Shown: positions 14,230 through 28,269 of the stretch, in pieces
How the letters are laid out: every line of letters starts with the position of its first letter
How positions within the stretch are numbered: position 1 is the stretch's first letter
Source: Eledone cirrhosa
Taxonomy: Eukaryota
Length of the DNA stretch: 64,000 nucleotides
Direction of reading: 5' to 3'
NCBI GenBank assembly: GCA_964016885.1
Contig: CAXHJY010001747.1
Location: 1-64,000 of the forward strand
The notes under the pieces: model-generated
Database searches by the model: none
What the model was told of the DNA's origin: nothing
What the model saw: the letters and a program-made list of their open reading frames with translations, nothing else
Position numbers and translations under genes: made by a program

Positions 14230-14810
14230 GTGTTGGTGGTATTGTTGGTGTTGGTGGTATTGGTGGTGTTGGTGGTATTGTTGGTGTTGGTGTTACTGTT
14301 GGTGTTGGTGGTACTGTTGGTGTTGGTGGTATTGTTGGTGTTGGTGGTATTGGTGGTGTTGGTGGTATTGTTGGTGTTGGTGTTACTGTTGGTGTTGGTG
14401 GTACTGTTGGTGTTGGTGGTATTGTTGGTGTTGGTGGTATTGTTGGTGTTGGTGGTATTGTTGGTGTTGGTGTTACTGTTGGTGTTGGTGGTACTGTTGG
14501 TGTTGGTGGTATTGTTGGTGTTGGTGGTATTGTTGGTGTTGGTGGTATTGTTGGTGTTGGTGTTACTGTTGGTGTTGGTGGTACTGTTGGTGTTGGTGGT
14601 ATTGTTGGTGTTGGTGGTATTGTTGGTGTTGGTGGTATTGTTGGTGTTGGTGTTACTGTTGGTGTTGGTGGTACTGTTGGTGTTGGTGGTATTGTTGGTG
14701 TTGGTGGTATTGTTGGTGTTGGTGGTATTGTTGGTGTTGGTGTTACTGTTGGTGTTGGTGGTACTGTTGGTGTTGGTGGTATTGTTGGTGTTGGTGGTAT
14801 TGTTGGTGTT
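14230..14810. repeat. 90-bp (5-monomer) higher-order sub-array
   Basis: The variant TGTTACTGTT starts at 14291, 14381, 14471, 14561, 14651 and 14741, an exact 90-bp spacing. Confidence 0.9.
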
Positions 14811-17374
14811 GGTGGTACTGTTGGTTTTGGTGGTATTGGTGGTGTTGGTGGTATTGTTGGTGTTGGTGGTATTGTTGGTGTTGGTGGTATTGTTGGTGTT
14901 GGTGGTACTGTTGGTTTTGGTGGTATTGGTGGTGTTGGTGGTATTGTTGGTGTTGGTGTTACTGTTGGTGTTGGTGGTACTGTTGGTGTTGGTGGTATTG
15001 TTGGTGTTGGTGGTATTGGTGGTGTTGGTGGTATTGTTGGTGTTGGTGTTACTGTTGGTGTTGGTGGTACTGTTGGTGTTGGTGGTATTGTTGGTGTTGG
15101 TGGTATTGTTGGTGTTGGTGGTATTGTTGGTGTTGGTGGTACTGTTCGTGTTGGTGGTACTGTTGGTGTTGGTGGTACTGTTGGTGTTGGTGGTATTGTT
15201 GGTGTTGGTGGTACTGTTGGTGTTGGTGGTACTGTTGGTGTTGGTGGTATTGTTGGTGTTGGTGGTATTGTTGGTTTTGGTGGTACTGTTGGTGTTGGTG
15301 GTATTGTTGGTGTTGGTGGTACTGTTGGTGTTGGTGGTATTGTTGGTGGTATTGTTGGTGTTGGTGGTATTGTTGGTGTGGGTGGTACTGTTGGTGTTGG
15401 TGGTATTGTTGGTTTTGGTGGTATTGTTGGTGTTGGTGGTACTGTTGGTGTTGGTGGTATTGTTGGTGTTGGTGGTATTGTTGGTGTTGGTGGTACTGTT
15501 GGTGTTGGTGGTATTGTTGGTGTTGGTGGTATTGTTGGTTTTGGTGGTATTGTTGGTGTTGGTGGTATTGTTGGTGTTGTTGGTATTGTTGGTGTTGGTG
15601 GTATTGTTGGTGGTATTATTGGTGTTGGTTGTATTGTTGGTGTGGGTGGTACTGTTGGTGTTGGTGGTATTGTTGGTTTTGGTGGTATTGGTGGTGTTGG
15701 TGGTATTGTTGGTGTTGGTGGTATTGTTGGTGTTGGTGGTATTGTTGGTGTTGGTGGTATTGTTGGTGTTGGTGGTATTGTTGGTGTTGGTGGTATTGTT
15801 GGTGTTGGTGGTACTGTTGGTGTTGGTTGTATTGTTGGTTTTGGTGGTATTGGTGGTGTTGGTGGTACTGTTGGTGTTGGTGGTATTGTTGGTGTTGGTG
15901 GTATTGTTGGTGTTGGTGGTATTGTTGGTGTTGGTGGTATTGTTGGTGTTGGTGGTATTGTTGGTGTTGGTGGTATTGTTGGTGTTGGTGGTACTGTTGG
16001 TGTTGGTGGTATTGTTGGTTTTGGTGGTATTGGTGGTGTTGGTGGTACTGTTGGTGTTGGTGGTATTGTTGGTGTTGGTGGTATTGTTGGTGTTGGTGGT
16101 ATTGTTGGTGTTGGTGGTATTGTCGGTGTTGGTTGTATTGTTGGTGTTGGTGGTATTGTTGGTGTTGGTGGTACTGTTGGTGTTGGTGGTACTGTTGGTG
16201 TTGGTGGTATTGTTGGTGTTGGTGGTACTGTTGGTGTTGTTGGTATTGTTGGTGTTGGTGGTACTGTTGATGTTGGTGGTATTGTTGGTGTTGTTGGTAT
16301 TGTTGGTGTTGGTGGTATTGTTGGTGTTGGTGGTACTGTTGGTGTTGGTGGTATTGTTGGTGTTGGTGGTACTGTTGGTGTTGGTGGTATTGTTGGTGTT
16401 GGTGGTACTGTTGGTGTTGGTGGTATTGTTGTTGTTGGTGGTATTGTTGGTGTTGGTGGTACTGTTGGTGTTGGTGGTATTGTTGGTGTTGGTGGTACTG
16501 TTGGTGTTGGTGGTACTGTTGGTGTTGGTGGTACTGTTGGTGTTGGTGGTATTGTTGGTGTTGGTGGTATTGTTGGTGTTGGTGGTACTGTTGGTGTTGG
16601 TGGTACTGTTGGTGTTGGTGGTACTGTTGGTGTTGGTGGTATTGTTGGTGTTGGTGGTATTGTTGGTGTTGGTGGTATTGTTGTTGTTGGTGGTACTGTT
16701 GGTGTTGGTGGTACTGTTGGTGTTGGTGGTACTGTTGGTGTTGGTGGTATTGTTGGTGTTGGTGGTACTGTTGGTGTTGGTGTTATTGTTGGTGTTGGTG
16801 GTACTGTTGGTGTTGGTGGTACTGTTGGTGTTGGTGGTACTGTTGGTGTTGGTGGTATTGTTGGTGTTGGTGGTATTGTTGGTGTTGGTGGTATTGTTGG
16901 TGTTGGTGGTACTGTTGGTGTTGGTGGTATTGTTGGTGTTGGTGGTACTGTTGGTGTTGGTGGTATTGTTGGTGTTGGTGGTATTGTTGGTGTTGGTGGT
17001 ATTGTTGGTGTTGGTGGTACTGTTGGTGTTGGTGGTATTGTTGATGTTGGTGGTATTGTTGGTGTTGGTGGTATTGTTGGTGTTGGTGGTATTGTTGGTG
17101 TTGGTGGTATTGTTGTTGTTGGTGGTATTGTTGGTGTTGGTGGTACTGTTGGTGTTGGTGGTACTGTTGGTGTTGGTGGTATTGTTGGTGTTGGTGGTAT
17201 TGTTGGTGTTGGTGGTATTGTTGTTGTTGGTGGTATTGTTGGTGTTGGTGGTACTGTTGGTGTTGGTGGTACTGTTGGTGTTGGTGGTATTGTTGGTGTT
17301 GGTGGTATTGTTGGTGTTGGTGGTATTGTTGTTGTTGGTGGTATTGTTGGTGTTGGTGGTACTGTTGGTGTTGG

Positions 17375-20300
17375 TGGTATTGTTGGTGTTGGTGGTATTG
17401 TTGTTGTTGGTGGTATTGTTGGTGTTGGTGGTACTGTTGGTGTTGGTGGTACTGTTGGTGTTGGTGGTACTGTTGGTGTTGGTGGTATTGTTGGTGTTGG
17501 TGGTATTGTTGGTGTTGGTGGTATTGTTGTTGTTGGTGGTATTGTTGGTGTTGGTGGTACTGTTGGTGTTGGTGGTATTGTTGGTGTTGGTGGTACTGTT
17601 GGTGTTGGTGGTACTGTTGGTGTTGGTGGTACTGTTGGTGTTGGTGGTATTGTTGGTGTTGGTGGTACTGTTGGTGTTGGTGGTACTGTTGGTGTTGGTG
17701 GTACTGTTGGTGTTGGTGGTATTGTTGGTGTTGGTGGTATTGTTGGTGTTGGTGGTATTGTTGTTGTTGGTGGTATTGTTGGTGTTGGTGGTACTGTTGG
17801 TGTTGGTGGTATTGTTGGTGTTGGTGGTACTGTTGGTGTTGGTGGTATTGTTGGTGTTGGTGGTATTGTTGGTGTTGGTGGTATTGTTGGTGTTGGTGGT
17901 ACTGTTGGTGTTGGTGGTATTGTTGATGTTGGTGGTATTGTTGGTGTTGGTGGTATTGTTGGTGTTGGTGGTATTGTTGGTGTTGGTGGTACTGTTGGTG
18001 TTGGTGGTATTGTTGGTGTTGGTGGTATTGTTGGTGTTGGTGGTATTGTTGGTGTTGGTGGTATTGTTGGTGTTGGTGGTATTGTTGGTGTTGGTGGTAT
18101 TGTTGGTGTTGGTGGTACTGTTGGTGTTGGTGGTATTGTTGGTGTTGGTGGTATTGTTGCTGTTGGTGGTATTGTTGGTGTTGGTGTTGGTGGTATTGTT
18201 GGTGCTGGTGGTACTGTTGGTGTTGGTGGTACTGTTGGTGTTGGTGGTATTGTTGGTGTTGGTGGTACTGTTGGTGTTGGTGGTATTGTTGGTGTTGGTG
18301 GTACTGTTGGTGTTGGTGGTATTGTTGGTGTTGGTGGTACTGTTGGTGTTGGTGGTATTGTTGGTGTTGGTGTTGGTGGTATTGTTGGTGTTGGTGGTAC
18401 TATTGGTGTTGGTGGTACTGTTGGTGTTGGTGGTATTGTTGGTGTTGGTGGTATTGTTGGTGTTGTTGGTATTGTTGGTGTTGGTGGTATTGTTGGTGTT
18501 GGTGGTACTGTTGGTGTTGGTGGTATTGTTGGTGTTGGTGGTATTGTTGGTGTTGGTGGTATTGTTGGTGTTGGTGTTGGTGGTATTGTTGGTGTTGGTG
18601 GTACAGTTGGTGTTGGTGGTATTGTTGGTGTTGGTGGTATTGTTGGTGTTGGTGGTACTGTTGGTGTTGGTGGTATTGTTGGTGTTGGTGGTACTGTTGG
18701 TGTTGGTGGTATTGTTGGTGTTGGTGTTGGTGGTATTGTTGGTGTTGGTGGTACTGTTGCTGTTGGTGGTATTGTTGGTGTTGGTGGTATTGTTGGTGTT
18801 GGTGGTATTGTTGGTGTTGGTGGTATTGTTGGTGTTGTTGGTACTGTTGGTGTTGGTGGTATTGTTGGTTTTGGTGGTATTGTTGGTGTTGGTGGTATTG
18901 TTGGTTTTGGTGGTATTGTTGGCGTTGGTGGTATTGTTGGTGTTGGTGGTATTGTTGGTGTTGGTGGTATTGTTGGTGTTGGTGGTACTGTTGGTGTTGG
19001 TGGTATTGTTGGTTTTGGTGGTATTGTTGGTGTTGGTGGTATTGTTGGTGTTGGTGGTACTGTTGGTGTTGGTGGTATTGTTGGTGTTGGTGCTACTGTT
19101 GGTGTTGGTGGTATTGTTGGTGTTGGTGTTGGTGGTATTGTTGGTGTTGGTGGTACTGTTGGTGTTGGTGGTATTGTTGGTGTTGGTGGTATTGTTGGTG
19201 TTGGTGGTACTGTTGGTGTTGGTGGTACTGTTGGTGTTGGTGGTATTGTTGGTGTTGGTGGTATTGTTGTTGTTGGTGGTATTCTTGGTGTTGGTGTTGG
19301 TGGTTCTGTTGGTGTTGGTGGTATTGTTGGTGTTGGTGGTATTGTTGGTGTTGGCGGTACTGTTGGTGTTGGTGTTGGTGGTATTGTTGGTTTTGGTGGT
19401 ATTGTTGGTGTTGGTGGTATTGTTGGTGTTGGTGGTATTGTTGGTGTTGGTGGTACTGTTGGTGTTGGTGGTATTGTTGGTGTTGGCGGTATTCTTGGTG
19501 TTGGTGTTGGTGGTTCTGTTGGTGTTGGTGGTATTGTTGGTGTTGGTGGTACTGTTGGTGTTGGGGTACTGTTGGTGTTGGTGGTATTGTTGGTGTTGGC
19601 GGTATTGTTGGTGTTGGTGTTGGTGGTATTGTTGGTTTTGGTGGTATTGTTGGTGTTGGTGGTATTGTTGTTGTTGGTGGTATTGTTGGTGTTGGTGGTA
19701 CTGTTGGTGTTGGTGGTACTGTTGGTGTTGGTGGTACTGTTGGTGTTGGTGGTATTGTTGGTGTTGGTGGTATTGTTGGTGTTGGTGGTATTGTTGTTGT
19801 TGGTGGTATTGTTGGTGTTGGTGGTACTGTTGGTGTTGGTGGTATTGTTGGTGTTGGTGGTACTGTTGGTGTTGGTGGTACTGTTGGTGTTGGTGGTACT
19901 GTTGGTGTTGGTGGTATTGTTGGTGTTGGTGGTACTGTTGGTGTTGGTGGTACTGTTGGTGTTGGTGGTACTGTTGGTGTTGGTGGTATTGTTGGTGTTG
20001 GTGGTATTGTTGGTGTTGGTGGTATTGTTGTTGTTGGTGGTATTGTTGGTGTTGGTGGTACTGTTGGTGTTGGTGGTATTGTTGGTGTTGGTGGTACTGT
20101 TGGTGTTGGTGGTATTGTTGGTGTTGGTGGTATTGTTGGTGTTGGTGGTATTGTTGGTGTTGGTGGTACTGTTGGTGTTGGTGGTATTGTTGATGTTGGT
20201 GGTATTGTTGGTGTTGGTGGTATTGTTGGTGTTGGTGGTATTGTTGGTGTTGGTGGTACTGTTGGTGTTGGTGGTATTGTTGGTGTTGGTGGTATTGTTG

Positions 20301-21910
20301 GTGTTGGTGGTATTGTTGGTGTTGGTGGTATTGTTGGTGTTGGTGGTATTGTTGGTGTTGGTGGTATTGTTGGTGTTGGTGGTACTGTTGGTGTTGGTGG
20401 TATTGTTGGTGTTGGTGGTATTGTTGCTGTTGGTGGTATTGTTGGTGTTGGTGTTGGTGGTATTGTTGGTGCTGGTGGTACTGTTGGTGTTGGTGGTACT
20501 GTTGGTGTTGGTGGTATTGTTGGTGTTGGTGGTACTGTTGGTGTTGGTGGTATTGTTGGTGTTGGTGGTACTGTTGGTGTTGGTGGTATTGTTGGTGTTG
20601 GTGGTACTGTTGGTGTTGGTGGTATTGTTGGTGTTGGTGTTGGTGGTATTGTTGGTGTTGGTGGTACTATTGGTGTTGGTGGTACTGTTGGTGTTGGTGG
20701 TATTGTTGGTGTTGGTGGTATTGTTGGTGTTGTTGGTATTGTTGGTGTTGGTGGTATTGTTGGTGTTGGTGGTACTGTTGGTGTTGGTGGTATTGTTGGT
20801 GTTGGTGGTATTGTTGGTGTTGGTGGTATTGTTGGTGTTGGTGTTGGTGGTATTGTTGGTGTTGGTGGTACAGTTGGTGTTGGTGGTATTGTTGGTGTTG
20901 GTGGTATTGTTGGTGTTGGTGGTACTGTTGGTGTTGGTGGTATTGTTGGTGTTGGTGGTACTGTTGGTGTTGGTGGTATTGTTGGTGTTGGTGTTGGTGG
21001 TATTGTTGGTGTTGGTGGTACTGTTGCTGTTGGTGGTATTGTTGGTGTTGGTGGTATTGTTGGTGTTGGTGGTATTGTTGGTGTTGGTGGTATTGTTGGT
21101 GTTGTTGGTACTGTTGGTGTTGGTGGTATTGTTGGTTTTGGTGGTATTGTTGGTGTTGGTGGTATTGTTGGTTTTGGTGGTATTGTTGGCGTTGGTGGTA
21201 TTGTTGGTGTTGGTGGTATTGTTGGTGTTGGTGGTATTGTTGGTGTTGGTGGTACTGTTGGTGTTGGTGGTATTGTTGGTTTTGGTGGTATTGTTGGTGT
21301 TGGTGGTATTGTTGGTGTTGGTGGTACTGTTGGTGTTGGTGGTATTGTTGGTGTTGGTGCTACTGTTGGTGTTGGTGGTATTGTTGGTGTTGGTGTTGGT
21401 GGTATTGTTGGTGTTGGTGGTACTGTTGGTGTTGGTGGTATTGTTGGTGTTGGTGGTATTGTTGGTGTTGGTGGTACTGTTGGTGTTGGTGGTACTGTTG
21501 GTGTTGGTGGTATTGTTGGTGTTGGTGGTATTGTTGTTGTTGGTGGTATTCTTGGTGTTGGTGTTGGTGGTTCTGTTGGTGTTGGTGGTATTGTTGGTGT
21601 TGGTGGTATTGTTGGTGTTGGCGGTACTGTTGGTGTTGGTGTTGGTGGTATTGTTGGTTTTGGTGGTATTGTTGGTGTTGGTGGTATTGTTGGTGTTGGT
21701 GGTATTGTTGGTGTTGGTGGTACTGTTGGTGTTGGTGGTATTGTTGGTGTTGGCGGTATTCTTGGTGTTGGTGTTGGTGGTTCTGTTGGTGTTGGTGGTA
21801 TTGTTGGTGTTGGTGGTACTGTTGGTGTTGGGGTACTGTTGGTGTTGGTGGTATTGTTGGTGTTGGCGGTATTGTTGGTGTTGGTGTTGGTGGTATTGTT
21901 GGTTTTGGTG
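17375..21910. repeat. 2267-bp tandem duplication (about 17375-19641 and 19642-21908)
   Basis: Markers at a constant 2267 offset: GTTGATGTT 17926/20193, GGTGCTGGT 18205/20472, GGTACAG 18605/20872, GGGG 19563/21830. Confidence 0.9.
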
Positions 21911-24900
21911 GTATTGTTGGTGTTGGTGGTATTGTTGGTGTTGGTGGTATTGTTGGTGTTGGTGGTATTGTTGGTGTTGGTGGTACTGTTGGTGTTGGTG
22001 GTACTGTTGGTGTTGGTGGTACTGTTGGTGTTGGTGGTACTGTTGGTGTTGGTGGTATTGTTGGTGTTGGTGGTATTGTTGGTGTTGGTGGTATTGTTGG
22101 TGTTGGTGGTATTGTTGGTGTTGGTGGTATTGTTGGTGTTGGTGGTATTCTTGGTGTTGGTGTTGGTGGTTCTGTTGGTGTTGGTGGTATTGTTGGTGTT
22201 GGTGGTATTGTTGGTGTTGGTGGTACTGTTGGTGTTGGTGGTATTGTTGGTGTTGGCGGTATTGTTGGTGTTGGTGTTGGTGGTATTGTTGGTTTTGGTG
22301 GTATTGTTGGTGTTGGTGGTATTGTTGGTGTTGGTGGTATTCTTGGTGTTGGTGTTGGTGGTTCTGTTGGTGTTGGTGGTATTGTTGGTGTTGGTGGTAT
22401 TGTTGGTGTTGGTGGTATTCTTGGTGTTGGTGTTGGTGGTTCTGTTGGTGTTGGTGGTATTGTTGGTGTTGGTGGTATTGTTGGTTTTGGTGGTATTGTT
22501 GGTGTTGGTGGTATTGTTGGTGTTGGTGGTACTGTTGGTGTTGGTGGTATTGTCGGTGTTGGTGGTATTGTTGGTGTTGGTGGTACTGTTGGTGTTGGTG
22601 GTACTGTTGGTGTTGGTGGTACTGTTGGTGTTGGTGGTATTGTTGGTGTTGGTGGTACTGTTGGTGTTGGTGGTATTGTTGGTGTTGGTGGTACTGTTGG
22701 TGTTGGTGGTATTGTTGGTGTTGGTGTTGGTGGTATTGTTGGTGTTGGTGGTACTATTGGTGTTGGTGGTACTGTTGGTGTTGGTGGTATTGTTGGTGTT
22801 GGTGGCATTGTTGGTGTTGTTGGTATTGTTGGTGTTGGTGGTATTGTTGGTGTTGGTGGTACTGTTGGTGTTGGTGGTATTGTTGGTGTTGGTGGTATTG
22901 TTGGTGTTGGTGGTATTGTTGGTGTTGGTGTTGGTGGTATTGTTGGTGTTGGTGGTACAGTTGGTGTTGGTGGTATTGTTGGTGTTGGTGGTATTGTTGG
23001 TGTTGGTGGTATTGTTGGTGTTGGTGGTACTGTTGGTGTTGGTGGTATTGTTGGTGTTGGTGGTACTGTTGGTGTTGGTGGTATTGTTGGTGTTGGTGTT
23101 GGTGGTATTGTTGGTGTTGGTGGTACTGTTGCTGTTGGTGGTATTGTTGGTGTTGGTGGTATTGTTGGTGTTGGTGGTATTGTTGGTGTTGGTGGTACTG
23201 TTGGTGTTGGTGGTATTGTTGGTTTTGGTGGTACTGTTGCTGTTGGTGGTACTGTTGGTGTTGGTGGTATTGTTGGTGTTGGTGGTACTGTTGGTGTTGG
23301 TGGTATTGTTGGTGTTGGTGGTATTGTTGGTTTTGGTGGTATTGTTGGCGTTGGTGGTATTGTTGGTGTTGGTGGTATTGTTGGTGTTGGTGGTATTGTT
23401 GGTGTTGGTGGTACTGTTGGTGTTGGTGGTATTGTTGGTTTTGGTGGTATTGTTGGTGTTGGTGGTATTGTTGGTGTTGGTGGTACTGTTGGTGTTGGTG
23501 GTATTGTTGGTGTTGGTGCTACTGTTGGTGTTGGTGGTATTGTTGGTGTTGGTGTTGGTGGTATTGTTGGTGTTGGTGGTACTGTTGGTGTTGGTGGTAT
23601 TGTTGGTGTTGGTGGTATTGTTGGTGTTGGTGGTACTGTTGGTGTTGGTGGTACTGTTGGTGTTGGTGGTATTGTTGGTGTTGGTGGTATTGTTGTTGTT
23701 GGTGGTATTCTTGGTGTTGGTGTTGGTGGTTCTGTTGGTGTTGGTGGTATTGTTGGTGTTGGTGGTATTGTTGGTGTTGGCGGTACTGTTGGTGTTGGTG
23801 TTGGTGGTATTGTTGGTTTTGGTGGTATTGTTGGTGTTGGTGGTATTGTTGGTGTTGGTGGTATTGTTGGTGTTGGTGGTACTGTTGGTGTTGGTGGTAT
23901 TGTTGGTGTTGGCGGTATTCTTGGTGTTGGTGTTGGTGGTTCTGTTGGTGTTGGTGGTATTGTTGGTGTTGGTGGTACTGTTGGTGTTGGGGTACTGTTG
24001 GTGTTGGTGGTATTGTTGGTGTTGGTGTTGGTGGTATTGTTGGTTTTGGTGGTATTGTTGGTGTTGGTGGTATTGTTGGTGTTGGTGGTATTGTTGGTGT
24101 TGGTGGTATTCTTGGTGTTGGTGGTACTGTTGGTGTTGGTGGTATTGTTGGTGTTGGTGGTATTCTTGGTGTTGGTGTTGGTGGTTCTGTTGGTGTTGGT
24201 GGTATTGTTGGTGTTGGTGGTATTGTTGGTGTTGGTGGTACTGTTGGTGTTGGTGGTATTGTTGGTGTTGGCGGTATTGTTGGTGTTGGTGTTGGTGGTA
24301 TTGTTGGTTTTGGTGGTATTGTTGGTGTTGGTGGTATTGTTGGTGTTGGTGGTATTCTTGGTGTTGGTGTTGGTGGTTCTGTTGGTGTTGGTGGTATTGT
24401 TGGTGTTGGTGGTATTGTTGGTGTTGGTGGTACTGTTGGTGTTGGTGGTATTGTTGGTGTTGGCGGTATTGTTGGTGTTGGTGGTATTGTTGGTGTTGGT
24501 GGTATTGTTGGTGTTGGTGGTATTGTTGGTGTTGGTGGTATTGTTGGTGTTGGTGGTATTGTTGGTGTTGGTGGTATTGTTGGTGTTGGTGGTACTGTTG
24601 GTGTTGGTGGTACTGTTGGTGTTGGTGGTATTCTTGGTGTTGGTGTTGGTGGTTCTGTTGGTGTTGGTGGTATTGTTGGTGTTGGTGGTATTGTTGGTGT
24701 TGGTGGTATTGTTGGTTTTGGTGGTATTGTTGGTGTTGGTGGTATTGTTGGTGTTGGTGGTATTGTTGGTGTTGGTGGTACTGTTGGTGTTGGTGGTATT
24801 GTTGGTGTTGGTGGTATTCTTGGTGTTGGTGTGGGTGGTTCTGTTGGTGTTGGTGGTATTGTTGGTGTTGGTGGTATTGTTGGTGTTGGTGGTATTGTTG

Positions 24901-27299
24901 GTGTTGGTGGTATTGTTGGTGTTGGTGGTATTGTTGGTGTTGGTGGTATTGTTGGTGTTGGTGGTATTGTTGGTGTTGGTGGTACTGTTGGTGTTGGTGG
25001 TACTGTTGGTGTTGGTGGTATTCTTGGTGTTGGTGTTGGTGGTTCTGTTGGTGTTGGTGGTATTGTTGGTGTTGGTGGTATTGTTGGTGTTGGTGGTATT
25101 GTTGGTGTTGGTGGTACTGTTGGTGTTGGTGGTATTGTTGGTGTTGGTGGTATTCTTGGTGTTGGTGTGGGTGGTTCTGTTGGTGTTGGTGGTATTGTTG
25201 GTGTTGGTGGTATTGTTGGTGTTGGTGGTATTGTTGGTGTTGGTGGTATTGTTGGTGTTGGTGGTATTGTTGGTGTTGGTGGTATTGTTGGTGTTGGTGA
25301 TATTGTTGGTGTTGGTGGTACTGTTGGTGTTGGTGGTACTGTTGGTGTTGGTGGTATTCTTGGTGTTGGTGTTGGTGGTTCTGTTGGTGTTGGTGGTATT
25401 GTTGGTGTTGGCGGTATTGTTGGTGTTGGTGGTATTGTTGGTGTTGGTGGTATTGTTGGTGTTGGTGGTATTGTTGGTGTTGGTGGTATTGTTGGTGTTG
25501 GTGGTATTGTTGGTGTTGGTGGTATTGTTGGTGTTGGTGGTACTGTTGGTGTTGGTGGTACTGTTGGTGTTGGTGGTATTCTTGGTGTTGGTGTTGGTGG
25601 TTCTGTTGGTGTTGGTGGTATTGTTGGTGTTGGTGGTATTGTTGGTGTTGGTGGTATTGTTGGTTTTGGTGGTATTGTTGGTGTTGGTGGTATTGTTGGT
25701 GTTGGTGGTATTGTTGGTGTTGGTGGTATTGTTGGTGTTGGTGGTACTGTTGGTGTTGGTGGTATTGTTGGTGTTGGTGGTATTCTTGGTGTTGGTGTGG
25801 GTGGTTCTGTTGGTGTTGGTGGTATTGTTGGTGTTGGTGGTATTGTTGGTGTTGGCGGTATTGTTGGTGTTGGTGTTGGTGGTATTGTTGGTTTTGGTGG
25901 TATTGTTGGTGTTGGTGGTATTGTTGGTGTTGGTGGTACTGTTGGTGTTGGTGGTATTGTTGGTGTTGGTGGTACTGTTGGTGTTGGTGGTATTGTTGGT
26001 GTTGGTGGTATTGTTGGTGTTGGTGGTATTGTTGGTTTTGGTGGTATTGTTGGTGTTGGTGGTATTGTTGGTGTTGGTGGTACTGTTAGTGTTGGTGGTA
26101 TTGTTGGTGTTGGTGGTATTGTTGGTGTTGGTGGTATTGTTGGTGTTGGTAGTATTGTTGGTGTTGGTGGTATTGTTGGTGTTGGTGGTATTGTTGGTGT
26201 TGGTGGTACTGTTGGTGTTGGTGGTACTGTTGGTGTTGGTGGTATTGTTGGTGTTGGTGGTATTGTTGGTGTTGGTGGTACTGTTGGTGTGGGTGGTACT
26301 GTTGGTGTTGGTGGTATTGTTGGTGTTGGTGGTATTGTTGGTGTTGGTGGTATTGTTGGTGTTGGTGGTATTGTTGGTGTTGGTGGTATTGTTGGTGTTG
26401 GTGGTATTGTTGGTGTTGGTGGTATTGTTGGTGTTGGTGGTATTGTTGGTGTTGGTGGTATTGTTGGTGTTGGTGGTATTGTTGGTGTTGGTGGTACTGT
26501 TGGTGTTGGTGGTACTGTTGGTGTTGGTGGTATTGTTGGTGTTGGTGGTATTGTTGGTGTTGGTGGTATTGTTGGTGTTGGTGGTATTGTTGGTGTTGGT
26601 GGTATTGTTGGTGTTGGTGGTATTGTTGGTGTTGGTGGTATTGTTGGTGTTGGTGGTATTGTTGGTGTTGGTGGTATTGTTGGTGTTGGTGGTATTGTTG
26701 GTGTTGGTGGTACTGTTGGTGTTGGTGGTACTGTTGGTGTTGGTGGTACTATTGGTGTTGGTGGTATTGTTGGTGTTGTTGGTATTGTTGGTGTTGGTGG
26801 TACTGTTGGTGTGGGTGGTACTGTTGGTGTTGGTGGTACTGTTGGTGTTGGTGGTACTATTGGTGTTGGTGGTATTGTTGGTGTTGTTGGTATTGTTGGT
26901 GTTGGTGGTATTGTTGGTGTTGGTGGTATTGTTGGTGTTGGTGGTATTGTTGGTGTTGGTGGTATTGTTGGTGTTGGTGGTACTGTTGGTGTTGGTGGTA
27001 TTGTTGGTGTTGGTGGTATTGTTGGTGTTGGTGGTATTGTTGGTGTTGGTGGTATTGTTGGTGTTGGTTTTGTTGGTATTGTTGGTGTTGGTGGTACTGT
27101 TGGTGTTGGTGGTACTGTTGGTGTTGGTGGTATTGTTGGTGTTGGTGGTATTGATGGTGTTGGTGGTATTGTTGGTGTTGGTGGTATTGTTGGTGTTGGT
27201 GGTGTTGTTGGTGTTGGTGGTATTGTTGGTGTTGGTGGTATTGTTGGTGTTGGTGGTATTGTTGGTGTTGGTGGTACTGTTGGTGTTGGTGGTATTGTT

Positions 27300-27890
27300 G
27301 GTGTTGGTGGTACTGTTGGTGTTGGTGGTATTGTTGGTGTTGGTGGTATTGTTGGTGTTGGTGGTATTGTTGGTGTTGGTGGTATTGTTGGTGTTGGTGG
27401 TACTGTTGGTGTTGGTGGTATTGTTGGTGTTGGTGGTACTGTTGGTGTTGGTGGTATTGTTGGTGTTGGTGGTATTGTTGGTGTTGGTGGTATTGTTGGT
27501 GTTTGTGGTATTGTTGGCGTTGTTGGTATTGTTGGTGTTGGTGGTATTGTTGGTGTTGGTGGTACTGTTGGTGTTGGTGGTATTGTTGGTGTTGGTGGTA
27601 CTGTTGGTGTTGGTGGTATTGTTGGTGTTGGTGGTATTGTTGGTGTTGGTGGTATTGTTGGTGTTGGTGGTATTGTTGGTGTTGGTGGTACTGTTGGTGT
27701 TGGTGGTATTGTTGGTGTTGGTGGTACTGTTGGTGTTGGTGGTATTGTTGGTGTTGGTGGTATTGTTGGTGTTGGTGGTATTGTTGGTGTTTGTGGTATT
27801 GTTGGCGTTGTTGGTATTGTTGGTGTTGGTGGTATTGTTGGTGTTGGTGGTACTGTTGGTGTTGGTGGTATTGTTGGTGTTGGTGGTATT
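27300..27890. repeat. Local 288-bp direct duplication
   Basis: GTTTGTGGTATTGTTGGCGTTGTT occurs at ~27501 and ~27789. Confidence 0.75.
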
Positions 27891-28269
27891 GTTGGTGTTG
27901 GTGGTACTGTTGGTGTTGGTGGTATTGTTGGTGTTGGTGGTACTGTTGGTGTTGGTGGTATTGTTGGTGTTGGTGGTATTGTTGGTGTTGGTGGTACTAT
28001 TGGTGTTGGTGGTACTGTTGGTGTTGGTGGTATTGTTGGTGTTGGTGGTATTGTTGGTGTTGGTGGTATTGTTGGTGTTGGTGGTATTGTTGGTGTTGTT
28101 GGTATTGTTGGTGTTGGTGGTATTGTTGGTGTTGGTGGTACTGTTGGTGTTGGTGGTATTGTTGGTGTTGGTGGTACTGTTGGTGTTGGTGCTATTGTTG
28201 GTGTTGGTGGTATTGTTGGTGTTGGTGGTATTGTTGGTGTTGGTGGTACTGTTGGTGTTGGTGGTATTG

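Noticed and set aside
797-22808. Minus-strand ORFs 797-3079 and 21360-22808 with Pro/Thr then Gln/His-rich halves
   Set aside because: The apparent two-domain structure is just the frame change at the GGGG deletion. The ATG and the stop are both repeat variants (GGCATT, GCTACT).
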